Shown: piece by piece, positions 1 to 6,961 of the stretch
Numbering within the stretch: position 1 is the stretch's first letter
Layout: each line of letters starts with the position of its first letter
Assembly (NCBI GenBank): GCA_027623675.1
Contig: JAQBVF010000003.1
Location: 1 to 24,000 of the forward strand
Direction of reading: 5' to 3'
Length of the DNA: 24,000 nucleotides
Source of the DNA: Chloroflexota bacterium
Lineage (GTDB): Bacteria > Chloroflexota > Dehalococcoidia > Lucifugimonadales > UBA3495
The notes under the pieces: generated by a model
Databases searched by the model: none
Told to the model about the DNA's origin: nothing
The model's input: the letters and a program-made list of their open reading frames with translations, nothing else
Translations under genes and position numbers: made by a program

Positions 1-210
1 GTCCGGCGATCCTACTTGGGTCCGGCGTCAACCGAATATTCCTAGGACTCTATCGCCGCCCGCATCAGGAAAGCTCTGGCCTATCTACTCCCGGAGCACC
101 TGATGCTGGCTCCCGACTGCGGAATGAAATACCTGCCCAAGGACGTGGCGTTCGGCAAACTACAGGCCATGACCCAAGGAGTGGAGTTGGTGCTGGCCGG
201 ACTCCGGTAA
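1..210 (+). CDS. 3' end of a cobalamin-independent methionine synthase (MetE / COG0620-like) family gene; the 5' part lies outside the window
   Basis: Frame-1 translation of 46-207 reads DSIAARIRKALAYLLPEHLMLAPDCGMKYLPKDVAFGKLQAMTQGVELVLAGLR, followed by TAA at 208-210. The L.L.PDCG.K motif near the C-terminus is typical of the MetE C-terminal fold. The same frame carries TAG at 43-45 (see findings). Confidence 0.55.
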
Positions 211-474
211 TTAATAAATGATATTTCGCGCCCGCAATGTTTTCAGGAGGTCGATGAAGGAAACCATCGAATGGGCCACGAGTATAAAGCCCATCACGTT
301 AATGAAGAGAGCCCGTCCGTCTAACCCCAGAATAGTATTCGTACCACTAACCGGGATGTAAATCAGATAAAAAATCGAGATACCGGCAATTCCAAATGGC
401 CACAGCACCACTTTAGAAAAGATTTCTACAATGCCCTCAATGCCCAAACGCATCAGAATCTCTTTAACTGACAT
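211..474 (-). CDS. Small hydrophobic membrane protein (87 aa, two predicted TM helices, basic C-terminal tail), unknown function
   Basis: ORF 211..510 (-). The internal ATG at 474 is preceded by AAAGGAAATTCAAC (AGGA-type RBS). The ATG at 510 lies inside the stem of a very strong hairpin. Hydrophobic stretches are VVLWPFGIAGISIFYLIYIPV and ALFINVMGFILVAHSMVSFIDLL. No family recognised. The gene is visibly AT-rich compared with its neighbours. Confidence 0.45.
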   Translation of the reverse strand: MSVKEILMRLGIEGIVEIFSKVVLWPFGIAGISIFYLIYIPVSGTNTILGLDGRALFINVMGFILVAHSMVSFIDLLKTLRARNIIY

Positions 475-504
475 GTTGAATTTCCTTTTTGAATTTTGGT
501 GAAT

Positions 505-536
505 ATGCATGCGGCCCCAATCGGGGCCGCATGCAT
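505..536. repeat. Perfect inverted repeat / stem-loop (14-bp stem, 4-nt loop)
   Basis: ATGCATGCGGCCCC-aatc-GGGGCCGCATGCAT read directly. It lies 12 nt downstream of the YjzC-like stop and about 30 nt upstream of the small membrane protein start (both minus strand). There is no U-tract on either strand. Confidence 0.7.
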
Positions 537-548
537 CGCTAACCCGAC

Positions 549-731
549 TTAGCTCTTGTGCTTTGTCGAATCGGGCTTTCCGTAGCCCATTCCAGGCTTC
601 GGAGTTGGGGGAAAAGGCTCCCCCTTTACAACGGTGACCTCTCGGCCCTGGTCTCCACCCTTTGGTCCTACCAAAGGATATTGGCCCGAACGTTTAGCGG
701 TTTCACCTGGCTTATGTGCCGGTTTAGCCAT
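549..731 (-). CDS. YjzC-like small protein (60 aa)
   Basis: MAKPAHKPGETAKRSGQYPLVGPKGGDQGREVTVVKGEPFPPTPKPGMGYGKPDSTKHKS matches my recollection of the YjzC family pattern (KPG.kaP.sG.Y ... G..FPPT). The ATG at 731 is preceded by GGTAGGTG ccaag (AGGTG RBS, 5-nt spacer). The GTG at 746 offered by the track has no RBS. Confidence 0.6.
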   Translation of the reverse strand: MAKPAHKPGETAKRSGQYPLVGPKGGDQGREVTVVKGEPFPPTPKPGMGYGKPDSTKHKS

Positions 732-883
732 CTTGGCACCTACCACAGATTATCTCGCCGAGAGAGGAGGGCAATCGAAGCGTACAAAGACGCGTTACCC
801 GGGCTTGACCCCAAGTACCACCAGAGGTTACCCTCCGGTTTGTCTACGGCAAATGGGAGTCCCTGTCTCGACGGGGAACCCCG

Positions 884-917
884 AAAAAAAGACCCCGCCT
901 GATTTATGGCGGGGTCT
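884..917 (-). terminator. Rho-independent terminator (minus-strand orientation)
   Basis: 10-bp stem AGACCCCGCC (890-899) / GGCGGGGTCT (908-917) with an 8-nt loop. On the minus strand the hairpin is followed by TTTTTTT (complement of A884-A890). On the plus strand the trailing sequence is only ttgctc. Confidence 0.75.
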
Positions 918-1261
918 TTGCTCATACTGTATAGTACGGGCCGCATCGGTTGATTGAAACCCCGCCGATGCAAGAGCCATGGAAGTTACTAGCTTCTGTG
1001 GCTCTATCTATTTAAACTTTAACTCACCAGGTTAGGTTGTCATAACGTTTCGGGCTAAGTCAATAGAATATTGGGGAATATTGCGGACTGAAATTTATGA
1101 ATCCCAACCGCTGGTTTGTTATCCCACTTAAGCACCCGGTGCCACCGAAACATAGAGTTCAACGCCGAGCTCGGAAGGAAGATAGCAGACTCTCGTTCCA
1201 GCAAGAAAGCCCCAGTGCTTCAGGGAGCGGGCGGGGTTTCGTTTGCGGTGTCCTCGTTGGC

Positions 1262-3067
1262 TTAAAGCCCTATGGCGTAACAGGCGCGGCGGGGGTCGCC
1301 ACCGGTGGCCAGGTGGCCCGTCTGCGGGTCTCTTGCCGAGACGGTGGCGCCCAGGCCGCAGTTGGCGGCCCAGCCGATCTGATGGCCCAAGGCCCTCAGG
1401 GCGTCGGCCGTGCTCTCCGGGATGCCCGGCTCAAGGTCCAGGCGTCCGGGCAGGTAGGTGTGGGGGTAGAACGAGTTCTCCACGCTCTGGCTGGCGAACC
1501 GTGGCGCCTCCACCGCCTGCTGCGGGTCCATGCCGAAGAGCAGCACGTTCAAAACCAACTGCACGTTGGCTTGCGCCTGGTTGTCGCCGCCGGGACAACC
1601 GATGGTCATCACCGGTTGGCCGTCCTTGCGGGCCATGTAGTTGATCAAGGTGGTGCGGGGGCGCTTCCCCGGCTCGACCACGTTGGGGTGGCCCTCCTCG
1701 CAGTTGAACATCTCGATGCGGGTGCTGAGGCAGCAGCCCAGCTCCGGGAAGAACACCGACTTGGCGAAGGCCCCGCCGCTGATGGTGCCGCAGACCATGT
1801 TGCCCTGGGCGTCCAGCACCGACACGTGGGTGGTGCCTTCATGGGACGACGGGTCGGATGCGCCGTTGGACGCGCCGGTGGCGGCGGGCTTTCCGGTGGG
1901 GACCGCGCCGTTCCGCTTGGAGTGCTTCCAGGGGTCGCCGGGGGCGGGCTGCTCCGGGTAGGCGCGCTCCGGGTCGATCAGGCCGGCACGTTCGGCGGCG
2001 TATTCCTTGGACAGCAGGCCGTCGATGGGAATCTCGGCGTAATCCGGGTCGGCGTAGTATGCTTCGCGGTCGCCGAAGACCTGCTTCAACGCCTCGCAGA
2101 CGGTGTGGATATAGGTGGGCGAGTTGTGTCCCATGGCCTTCAGGTCAAAGTTCTCCAGGATGTTCAGCGTCTGCTGGAGCATGGGCCCCTGGCTCCAGGT
2201 GTCGTGGCCCAGGATCTCGTGTCCGGCGAAGGTGCTGGAGACCGGCTCGCCGAACTGACTCTTATAGTTTGCCAGGTCGTCCATGGACAGTATCCCGCCG
2301 ACTTTCGCCGACGACTCGACGATGGTCTTGGCCACCGAGCCTTTGTAGAAGACGTCCCGCGCGGCTTGGAGTCCGGCCTTCCTGTCGCCGGAGACGGCCG
2401 CGGCGGACATGGCTTTGAGGGTGTTCGCCAAGCCGGGCTGCACCAGAAGGTCGCCGGGCTGGGGCACCTGCCTGTCGTTGAAGAACACGTCCCAGCCGCC
2501 GGGCGGGTAGTTGTCGAACTGGACCGGCGTGCTCTTGGACTTGAGCCGCTCCAGCATGTATTCGTAGTGGGGGATGCCGTTCTCCGCGTAGTCGATGGCC
2601 GGCGCCAGCACCTGGTCGATGGGCAGGCTGCCATACCGCTCCAGAAGGGATATGAACGCCTCGACGACGCCCGGCACGGTGAACGAGAAGTGGGCCTTGT
2701 CACCAGGGCCGGTGGGGATGCGGTCCATGCCCTGGGACTTGTAGAAGTCGGCCGTGGCCTTGCCGGGAGCGCCGCCCTGGCCGCTCAGAGAGAGCATCTC
2801 ATCGCTGGCCGCGTCGTAGACCATGAACACGCCCTCCGCCGCCAGGGAGTACGACGCGATGGGTTCGATGACCGCGGCAGCGAAACCGGCGGCGGCCATG
2901 GCGTCGAAGGCGTTGCCGCCGTTCATCAGCATCCGCATGCCGGCCATGGACGTCAGGTAGTGTCCGCTGGAGATCACGCCCTTGGTGGACCGGACCACCG
3001 GACGCCCGGTCTCGGGCAGCTTAAGGTCTCCCTGTTCCAGTTCATGATGCGGTGTCTGGATGGCCAT
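1262..3067 (-). CDS. ggt: Gamma-glutamyltransferase family protein (Ntn hydrolase), apparently cytoplasmic with no signal peptide
   Basis: 601-aa ORF with GGT-family blocks: GHYLTSMAGMRMLMNGGNAFDAMAA near the N-terminus, the autoprocessing/catalytic Thr context HEGTTHVSVLDAQGNMV, and GCPGGDNQAQANVQLVLNVLLFGMDPQQAVEAPRF. AGGAG lies 6 nt upstream of the ATG at 3067. Confidence 0.9.
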   Translation of the reverse strand: MAIQTPHHELEQGDLKLPETGRPVVRSTKGVISSGHYLTSMAGMRMLMNGGNAFDAMAAAGFAAAVIEPIASYSLAAEGVFMVYDAASDEMLSLSGQGGAPGKATADFYKSQGMDRIPTGPGDKAHFSFTVPGVVEAFISLLERYGSLPIDQVLAPAIDYAENGIPHYEYMLERLKSKSTPVQFDNYPPGGWDVFFNDRQVPQPGDLLVQPGLANTLKAMSAAAVSGDRKAGLQAARDVFYKGSVAKTIVESSAKVGGILSMDDLANYKSQFGEPVSSTFAGHEILGHDTWSQGPMLQQTLNILENFDLKAMGHNSPTYIHTVCEALKQVFGDREAYYADPDYAEIPIDGLLSKEYAAERAGLIDPERAYPEQPAPGDPWKHSKRNGAVPTGKPAATGASNGASDPSSHEGTTHVSVLDAQGNMVCGTISGGAFAKSVFFPELGCCLSTRIEMFNCEEGHPNVVEPGKRPRTTLINYMARKDGQPVMTIGCPGGDNQAQANVQLVLNVLLFGMDPQQAVEAPRFASQSVENSFYPHTYLPGRLDLEPGIPESTADALRALGHQIGWAANCGLGATVSARDPQTGHLATGGDPRRACYAIGL

Positions 3068-3337
3068 GCTTTACTCCTGAGGTGTTCGGTTTGTAGGGGG
3101 TGGTTTGCGACAAATGATACCAGGCGTGCGGGTGTGGGGGTAGATGCTCGGGGCTAGAGAACCTGATCAACCGGCCATCGGGTCCTCTAATCCCGGCCTC
3201 GTGAAGCCGAACGAAACCCCAGTCACTCGCCACGAAAAATCGGTCATGGCCCTCCCGCCGTGGGAGTTGTTGGGGCCGATGGGTACCTGTCTGTCGCCCG
3301 CCGCGTACTTGGTGAGCCGATGTTGGCAGACCGGGAG

Positions 3338-4315
3338 CTAGATACTAACCGGCAATCCGGTCTGGGCCGATTCGTAGGCCTTCAACACCAGCGCAAGGTC
3401 GTTAAGTCCTTCTTCACCGGTCATCGCCGGCTCCGATGACTCTAAGATGCTCCTCCGGAACTCCAACACCATGGGTAAGATACCAAGGTGGTCATCGTCA
3501 AAACGCCTCGTTTCTTGGGAGTTGTCGTAGTCAATCTTGAGCAGGGAACCGCCCAACTCAAAAGACACGTTCGCAAGCGTGCCGGCCACCCTGACCCACG
3601 GACGCTCGGTTGCCTTGGCCACACTCCAAGAATGGTTGATGATGCCCACCGCCCCGCGCGCCGAGCGGGTGGTTACGACGATCCCGTCCTCGGCTTCCAG
3701 TCCCGGCGTCCCCTGTGGGACTTGAGCGGCATACAGCTGGTCTGGCCGCCCGGCTAGGTAGGCCAGGACACTGGCTTTGTGGATCCCGCCGTCAATGAAC
3801 ACTCCGCCCCCATTCCGTTCCCGGTCGTTGCGCCAGGAACCTGGATTGAAGGGGAATTCTTCCTGTAGCTGCACGAGGCGCACTTGGCCTAATGCTCCCG
3901 ACTCAATCAGCCGCTTCGTTTCCTGTACCGGCGCCAGGAACCTGTAGTTCTCGGCAACCATCAGATTAACCTGGGCATCAGCTGCGGCGGAAATGATTAA
4001 GCGGGCTTCTTCCAGGCTTCGGGCTATCGGTTTTTCCACGAGGATGTGTTTCTTCCCAGTTGCCGCCAGCCGGGCGTGCTCCAAGTGAAGGTCATGGGGA
4101 GTGCAGATGTAGAGGGCGTCTATCCTAGGGTCGCCGGCGGCGTCTTCATAAGAGCCGAAAGCCCCCGCGCCGCCGAACCTTTGGGAGTAGGCGATGGCTC
4201 GGCCAGGGTCTCGGCTGGCGAAGTAGAGGTCCACGCGGTCCCGCGCGGTCGCCAGCGATTCGGCAAATGTGCGCGCGAACCCGCCACAACCTATCACGCA
4301 GAGCGCCAGCTTCAT
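3338..4315 (-). CDS. Gfo/Idh/MocA family NAD(P)-dependent oxidoreductase
   Basis: N-terminal Rossmann motif MKLALCVIGCGGFARTF, the conserved HILVEKPIA (EKP) motif and a C-terminal alpha/beta domain. The start is taken at ATG 4315 (AAGGA 6 nt upstream) rather than the track's 4351. Confidence 0.85.
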   Translation of the reverse strand: MKLALCVIGCGGFARTFAESLATARDRVDLYFASRDPGRAIAYSQRFGGAGAFGSYEDAAGDPRIDALYICTPHDLHLEHARLAATGKKHILVEKPIARSLEEARLIISAAADAQVNLMVAENYRFLAPVQETKRLIESGALGQVRLVQLQEEFPFNPGSWRNDRERNGGGVFIDGGIHKASVLAYLAGRPDQLYAAQVPQGTPGLEAEDGIVVTTRSARGAVGIINHSWSVAKATERPWVRVAGTLANVSFELGGSLLKIDYDNSQETRRFDDDHLGILPMVLEFRRSILESSEPAMTGEEGLNDLALVLKAYESAQTGLPVSI

Positions 4316-4712
4316 TCTCTGTCCTTGACCATTGATTGGCCCACTGTACACCCTATCCCGCTAAGTGGGTAATCAGAACCCACATCGGCGTTGTTCCCGC
4401 CGACGAGCGGGGTTAGACCGGCGACCCAGGTTTTTATCAGCAGACCCGTCCTGCCTATTTCTGGCGAGCGGGCGACTGTTCCAGATATACTCATTCTAAT
4501 AAAGAGGGTGGGCCATACCCGTGTCCGTGAATTGTAAAGTTTCCAGGTCATGCGGGCACCCAGGCAGAGTGGTTTGCCTGAAGCGTCGGGGTTGCCAGGC
4601 TTCAACACAACTGGCCGAACTGCTGTTCGGCCAAATTTGAGTGTTCGCCCAACCCCACCGCCAAGGGCTAGCAATAGCTGAGGAGTCAATAATAGTCTGA
4701 AGGAGAAAACCG

Positions 4713-5428
4713 ATGGTCAACCCAATCGCACATTTTCAAAATCCCAGACTGGTCAACGCCATATTCGGTGCGACTGAACTCTCATGGATCTGGCTGATTG
4801 CCCGAGTCTACATCGGCTGGAATTGGCTGGAGGCTGGCTGGCACAAAGTAACCGATGACGCTTGGATGGATGGGGGGCAGCCCTTGAAGGCTTCTGGCAG
4901 CGCGCCATCTCTATTCCGGAGCAAGGCAGGCCCCCGATCTCTTATGACTGGTACCGGGAATTCCTAGAATACATGCTCAACCATGGCTGGGCGGTTTGGT
5001 TCAGTCCCCTGATCGCAGTGGGAGAAGTCATGGTGGGCCTAGGGTTGCTCCTGGGCGCTTTCACCGGCGTCGCCGCATTATTTGGCGCCGTCATGAACTG
5101 GAACTTCATGTTGGCAGGCACGGCCAGCACCAACCCAGTCCTAGGATTGATCGGGATCGGCGTGATGCTTGCTTGGAAAACATCGGGCTGGTGGGGTGTC
5201 GACCGGTTCCTCCTCCCCCGGGTGGGCGCTCCGTGGCAATCTGGCACGCTGTTTGGGCGCGCCAGCCTCCTCTCCCGCCCAACTAGCCGGCAGGAATTCC
5301 TCAGGGCGATGGAGGAGTGGACCAGGATGCTGATCGGGGTCGGCTTGGGGCTCTTCGCCCTTATCCCATATGCCCAGGATGGATGGCATGGAGACCGCTC
5401 TACGCCTCAAGAACACATTCCCCATTAA
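4713..5428 (+). pseudogene. DoxX/DoxD-like family membrane protein, reading frame broken at a G6 homopolymer (4872-4877)
   Basis: ORF 4713..4967 (..WIWLIARVYIGWNWLEAGWHKVTDDAWMDGG) and ORF 4862..5428 (..AALEGFWQRAI..YDWYREFLEYMLNHGWAVWFSPLIAVGEVMVGLGLLLGAFTGVAALFGAVMNWNFMLAGTASTNPVLG..) are the N- and C-terminal parts of one DoxX-like protein. Adding one G to the run restores AWMDGGAALEGFW. AAGGAG lies 7 nt upstream of ATG 4713. Confidence 0.7.
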
Positions 5429-5874
5429 CCGGGTGCGCCGTAAGCATCCTGAACTATATGGGTTAAACAGTATAATACGAGTACGAACAGAGTGATGGCT
5501 TTGAGGAGGTGACGACGAGCCATCCCACGCGATCGGGGTTCTGTTTTTAGCATATTGTCCTTTACTGTGTTACGAAATGTTGATATCTCTGTACGAATGC
5601 CAGCTGTTGATAGGCATACTTGGAATACGGCGGGTCGATTCGATGCGCCAGATAGTAGATTCAACTGGGTATTTTGTCAAGATGTTTTGGATGTTCGGCC
5701 ATACGGATTATCATGCTGAACGGTTGCGCAGTAGGTATTTAGCGCCGTGCCAACCGCAGACAGGTTCGGGCTTGAGGGTCGGACCGCCGCCACCGTCTTG
5801 GTGGCCGCCAGGCGGGCATTCTCCGCGCCTCCGCCGGTGTGAAGCACTCGCCTACGAATCAAGCTTAGATTCCG

Positions 5875-5904
5875 TTGACTATGAATGGCATAAATTTCTA
5901 TGAT
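5875..5904 (+). promoter_or_regulatory. Candidate sigma-70-like promoter for the heliorhodopsin gene
   Basis: TTGACT (5875-5880), an 18-nt spacer, then TATGAT (5899-5904), about 65 nt upstream of GTG 5971. Bracketed by near-identical AATCAAGCTT (5857-5866) and AATCAAAGCTT (5944-5954). Confidence 0.35.
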
Positions 5905-5970
5905 ATCGGCTGAATCACGTATCTATACCGATCAGTTTGGACCAATCAAAGCTTGGTGTTTATTTCTTAG

Positions 5971-6870
5971 GTGGTGGATTCGAAAAGATACTTCGAATAC
6001 GGCTCTAAGGCTGATGTTGTGAGAGGGCAGATGGAAGAAACCTCGAGAGGTCCGCTGCCTGCCGGCGGCGATGCGCCAACCCCCGGCGGGCCGGATGACG
6101 GCGGAAATGCCAGCACATTAGCAGGACTGCGCCGGTTCAACGCGATCATGGCCGTGTTCCACCTGGCCCAGGGAATCGTACTGATCTTGCTGAGCACCGA
6201 TTTCAGCCTGCCGGTAACTTCGTCATTCCTGAAGTTTGACGCAGTCGCCAACAAGCTGGTCGCGGCGCCCGACGAGATCGCCAGCCTTCCTTTGGCCCCA
6301 ATGATCGCCGGGTTCCTCTTTATCTCGGCGGCGGCGCATGCCGCGGTGTCGTCCCCCTGGTTCTTCCCGTGGTACGCGAGGAATCTCCGCAAGGGCGTCA
6401 ACTACGCGCGGTGGATCGAGTATTCCGTGAGCGCCTCGGTGATGATCGTGGTCATCGCCATGCTGGTGGGGATCTACGACATCGCCAGCCTCATCCTGAT
6501 CTTTGCGGTGAACGCGTCCATGATCCTGTTCGGTTGGCTGATGGAGCTGCACAATCAGACCACGGGAGAAACCGATTGGACCTCTTTTTGGTTCGGCACA
6601 TTCGCAGGGACCATCCCGTGGGTGGTGATCGCGGTATACCTGATCGGCTCCGGCAGCGGCGAAGGGGGGCCGCCAGGTTTTGTTTACGGGATCTTCGGCT
6701 CGATCTTCGTATTCTTCAACGTCTTCGCCATCAACATGGTCCTCCAATACAAGAAGATCGGCCCTTGGCGCGACTACCTATTCGGTGAACGGGCCTACAT
6801 CATATTGAGCCTGACGTCCAAGTCCATCCTGGCCTGGCAGGTGTTTGCCGGCACCCTGCGGCCGGTCTGA
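5971..6870 (+). CDS. Heliorhodopsin (retinal-binding 7-TM photoreceptor, inverted topology)
   Basis: Near-colinear similarity to heliorhodopsin 48C12 as I remember it: RFNAIMAVFHLAQG (TM1 His), RWIEYSVSASVMIV (counterion Glu, codon 6418-6420), FAVNASMILFGWL, FWFGTFAGTIPWVV, PGFVYGI, GERAYIILSLTSKSILAWQVFAGTLRP (Schiff-base Lys, codon 6820-6822). The start is ambiguous: GTG 5971, or ATG 6031 preceded by GAGAGGG. Confidence 0.9.
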   Translation: MVDSKRYFEYGSKADVVRGQMEETSRGPLPAGGDAPTPGGPDDGGNASTLAGLRRFNAIMAVFHLAQGIVLILLSTDFSLPVTSSFLKFDAVANKLVAAPDEIASLPLAPMIAGFLFISAAAHAAVSSPWFFPWYARNLRKGVNYARWIEYSVSASVMIVVIAMLVGIYDIASLILIFAVNASMILFGWLMELHNQTTGETDWTSFWFGTFAGTIPWVVIAVYLIGSGSGEGGPPGFVYGIFGSIFVFFNVFAINMVLQYKKIGPWRDYLFGERAYIILSLTSKSILAWQVFAGTLRPV

Positions 6871-6961
6871 TCTTTTGGCGCGGGTCCGCTGTCTTGTGAC
6901 GCCAAGGCCCCAAGCGGCCGCGCTCGGGTCCTGGAGCGGACTTGTGATGGATTGAGGTTCG

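Noticed and set aside
558-973. ORFs 558..902 (+), 634..957 (+) and 740..973 (-)
   Set aside because: They overlap the well-supported YjzC-like gene and run straight through the terminator hairpin at 884-917. They have no RBS and no recognisable sequence.
1165-1195. GAGCTCGGAAGGAAGATAGCAG resembling the SRP (4.5S) RNA helix-8 motif CCGGAAGGAAGCAGC
   Set aside because: The closing base pairs around the GGAA tetraloop do not form, there is a 2-nt insertion in the conserved AGCAGC, and no complementary 3' strand could be found. It is most likely chance similarity in the ggt 3' flank.
1097-3157. 686-aa plus-strand ORF, with nested ORFs at 1243..1644, 1641..1961, 1858..2418, 1645..1842 and 2164..2703
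   Set aside because: These are antisense or out-of-frame shadows of the very GC-rich ggt gene. Their translations are low-complexity Arg/Gly/Ala/Val-rich with no recognisable domains, whereas the minus-strand 601-aa product has clear GGT-family motifs.
3042-3341. ORFs 3042..3233 (-) and 3144..3341 (+) in the 270-nt oxidoreductase-ggt spacer
   Set aside because: They have no RBS, no motifs, and they overlap the ggt start or the neighbouring stop. The spacer is treated as noncoding, and no riboswitch family was recognised.
4396-4412. CCCGC-CGACGA-GCGGG hairpin with an ACGA-containing loop (guanidine-II / mini-ykkC look-alike)
   Set aside because: The loop is 6 nt rather than an ACGR tetraloop, and there is no second matching ACGR hairpin within the expected distance.
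4613-4632. Perfect 8-bp hairpin GGCCGAAC-tgct-GTTCGGCC in the doxX leader
   Set aside because: The structure is real, but no U-tract on either strand and no known motif were found. It is too little to assign a function, so it is noted only.
5425-5664. 79-aa minus-strand ORF, including a possible 32-aa hydrophobic peptide MARRHLLKAITLFVLVLYCLTHIVQDAYGAPG
   Set aside because: There is no RBS before either start, it overlaps the doxX stop, and it has AT-rich intergenic composition with no homology recognised.
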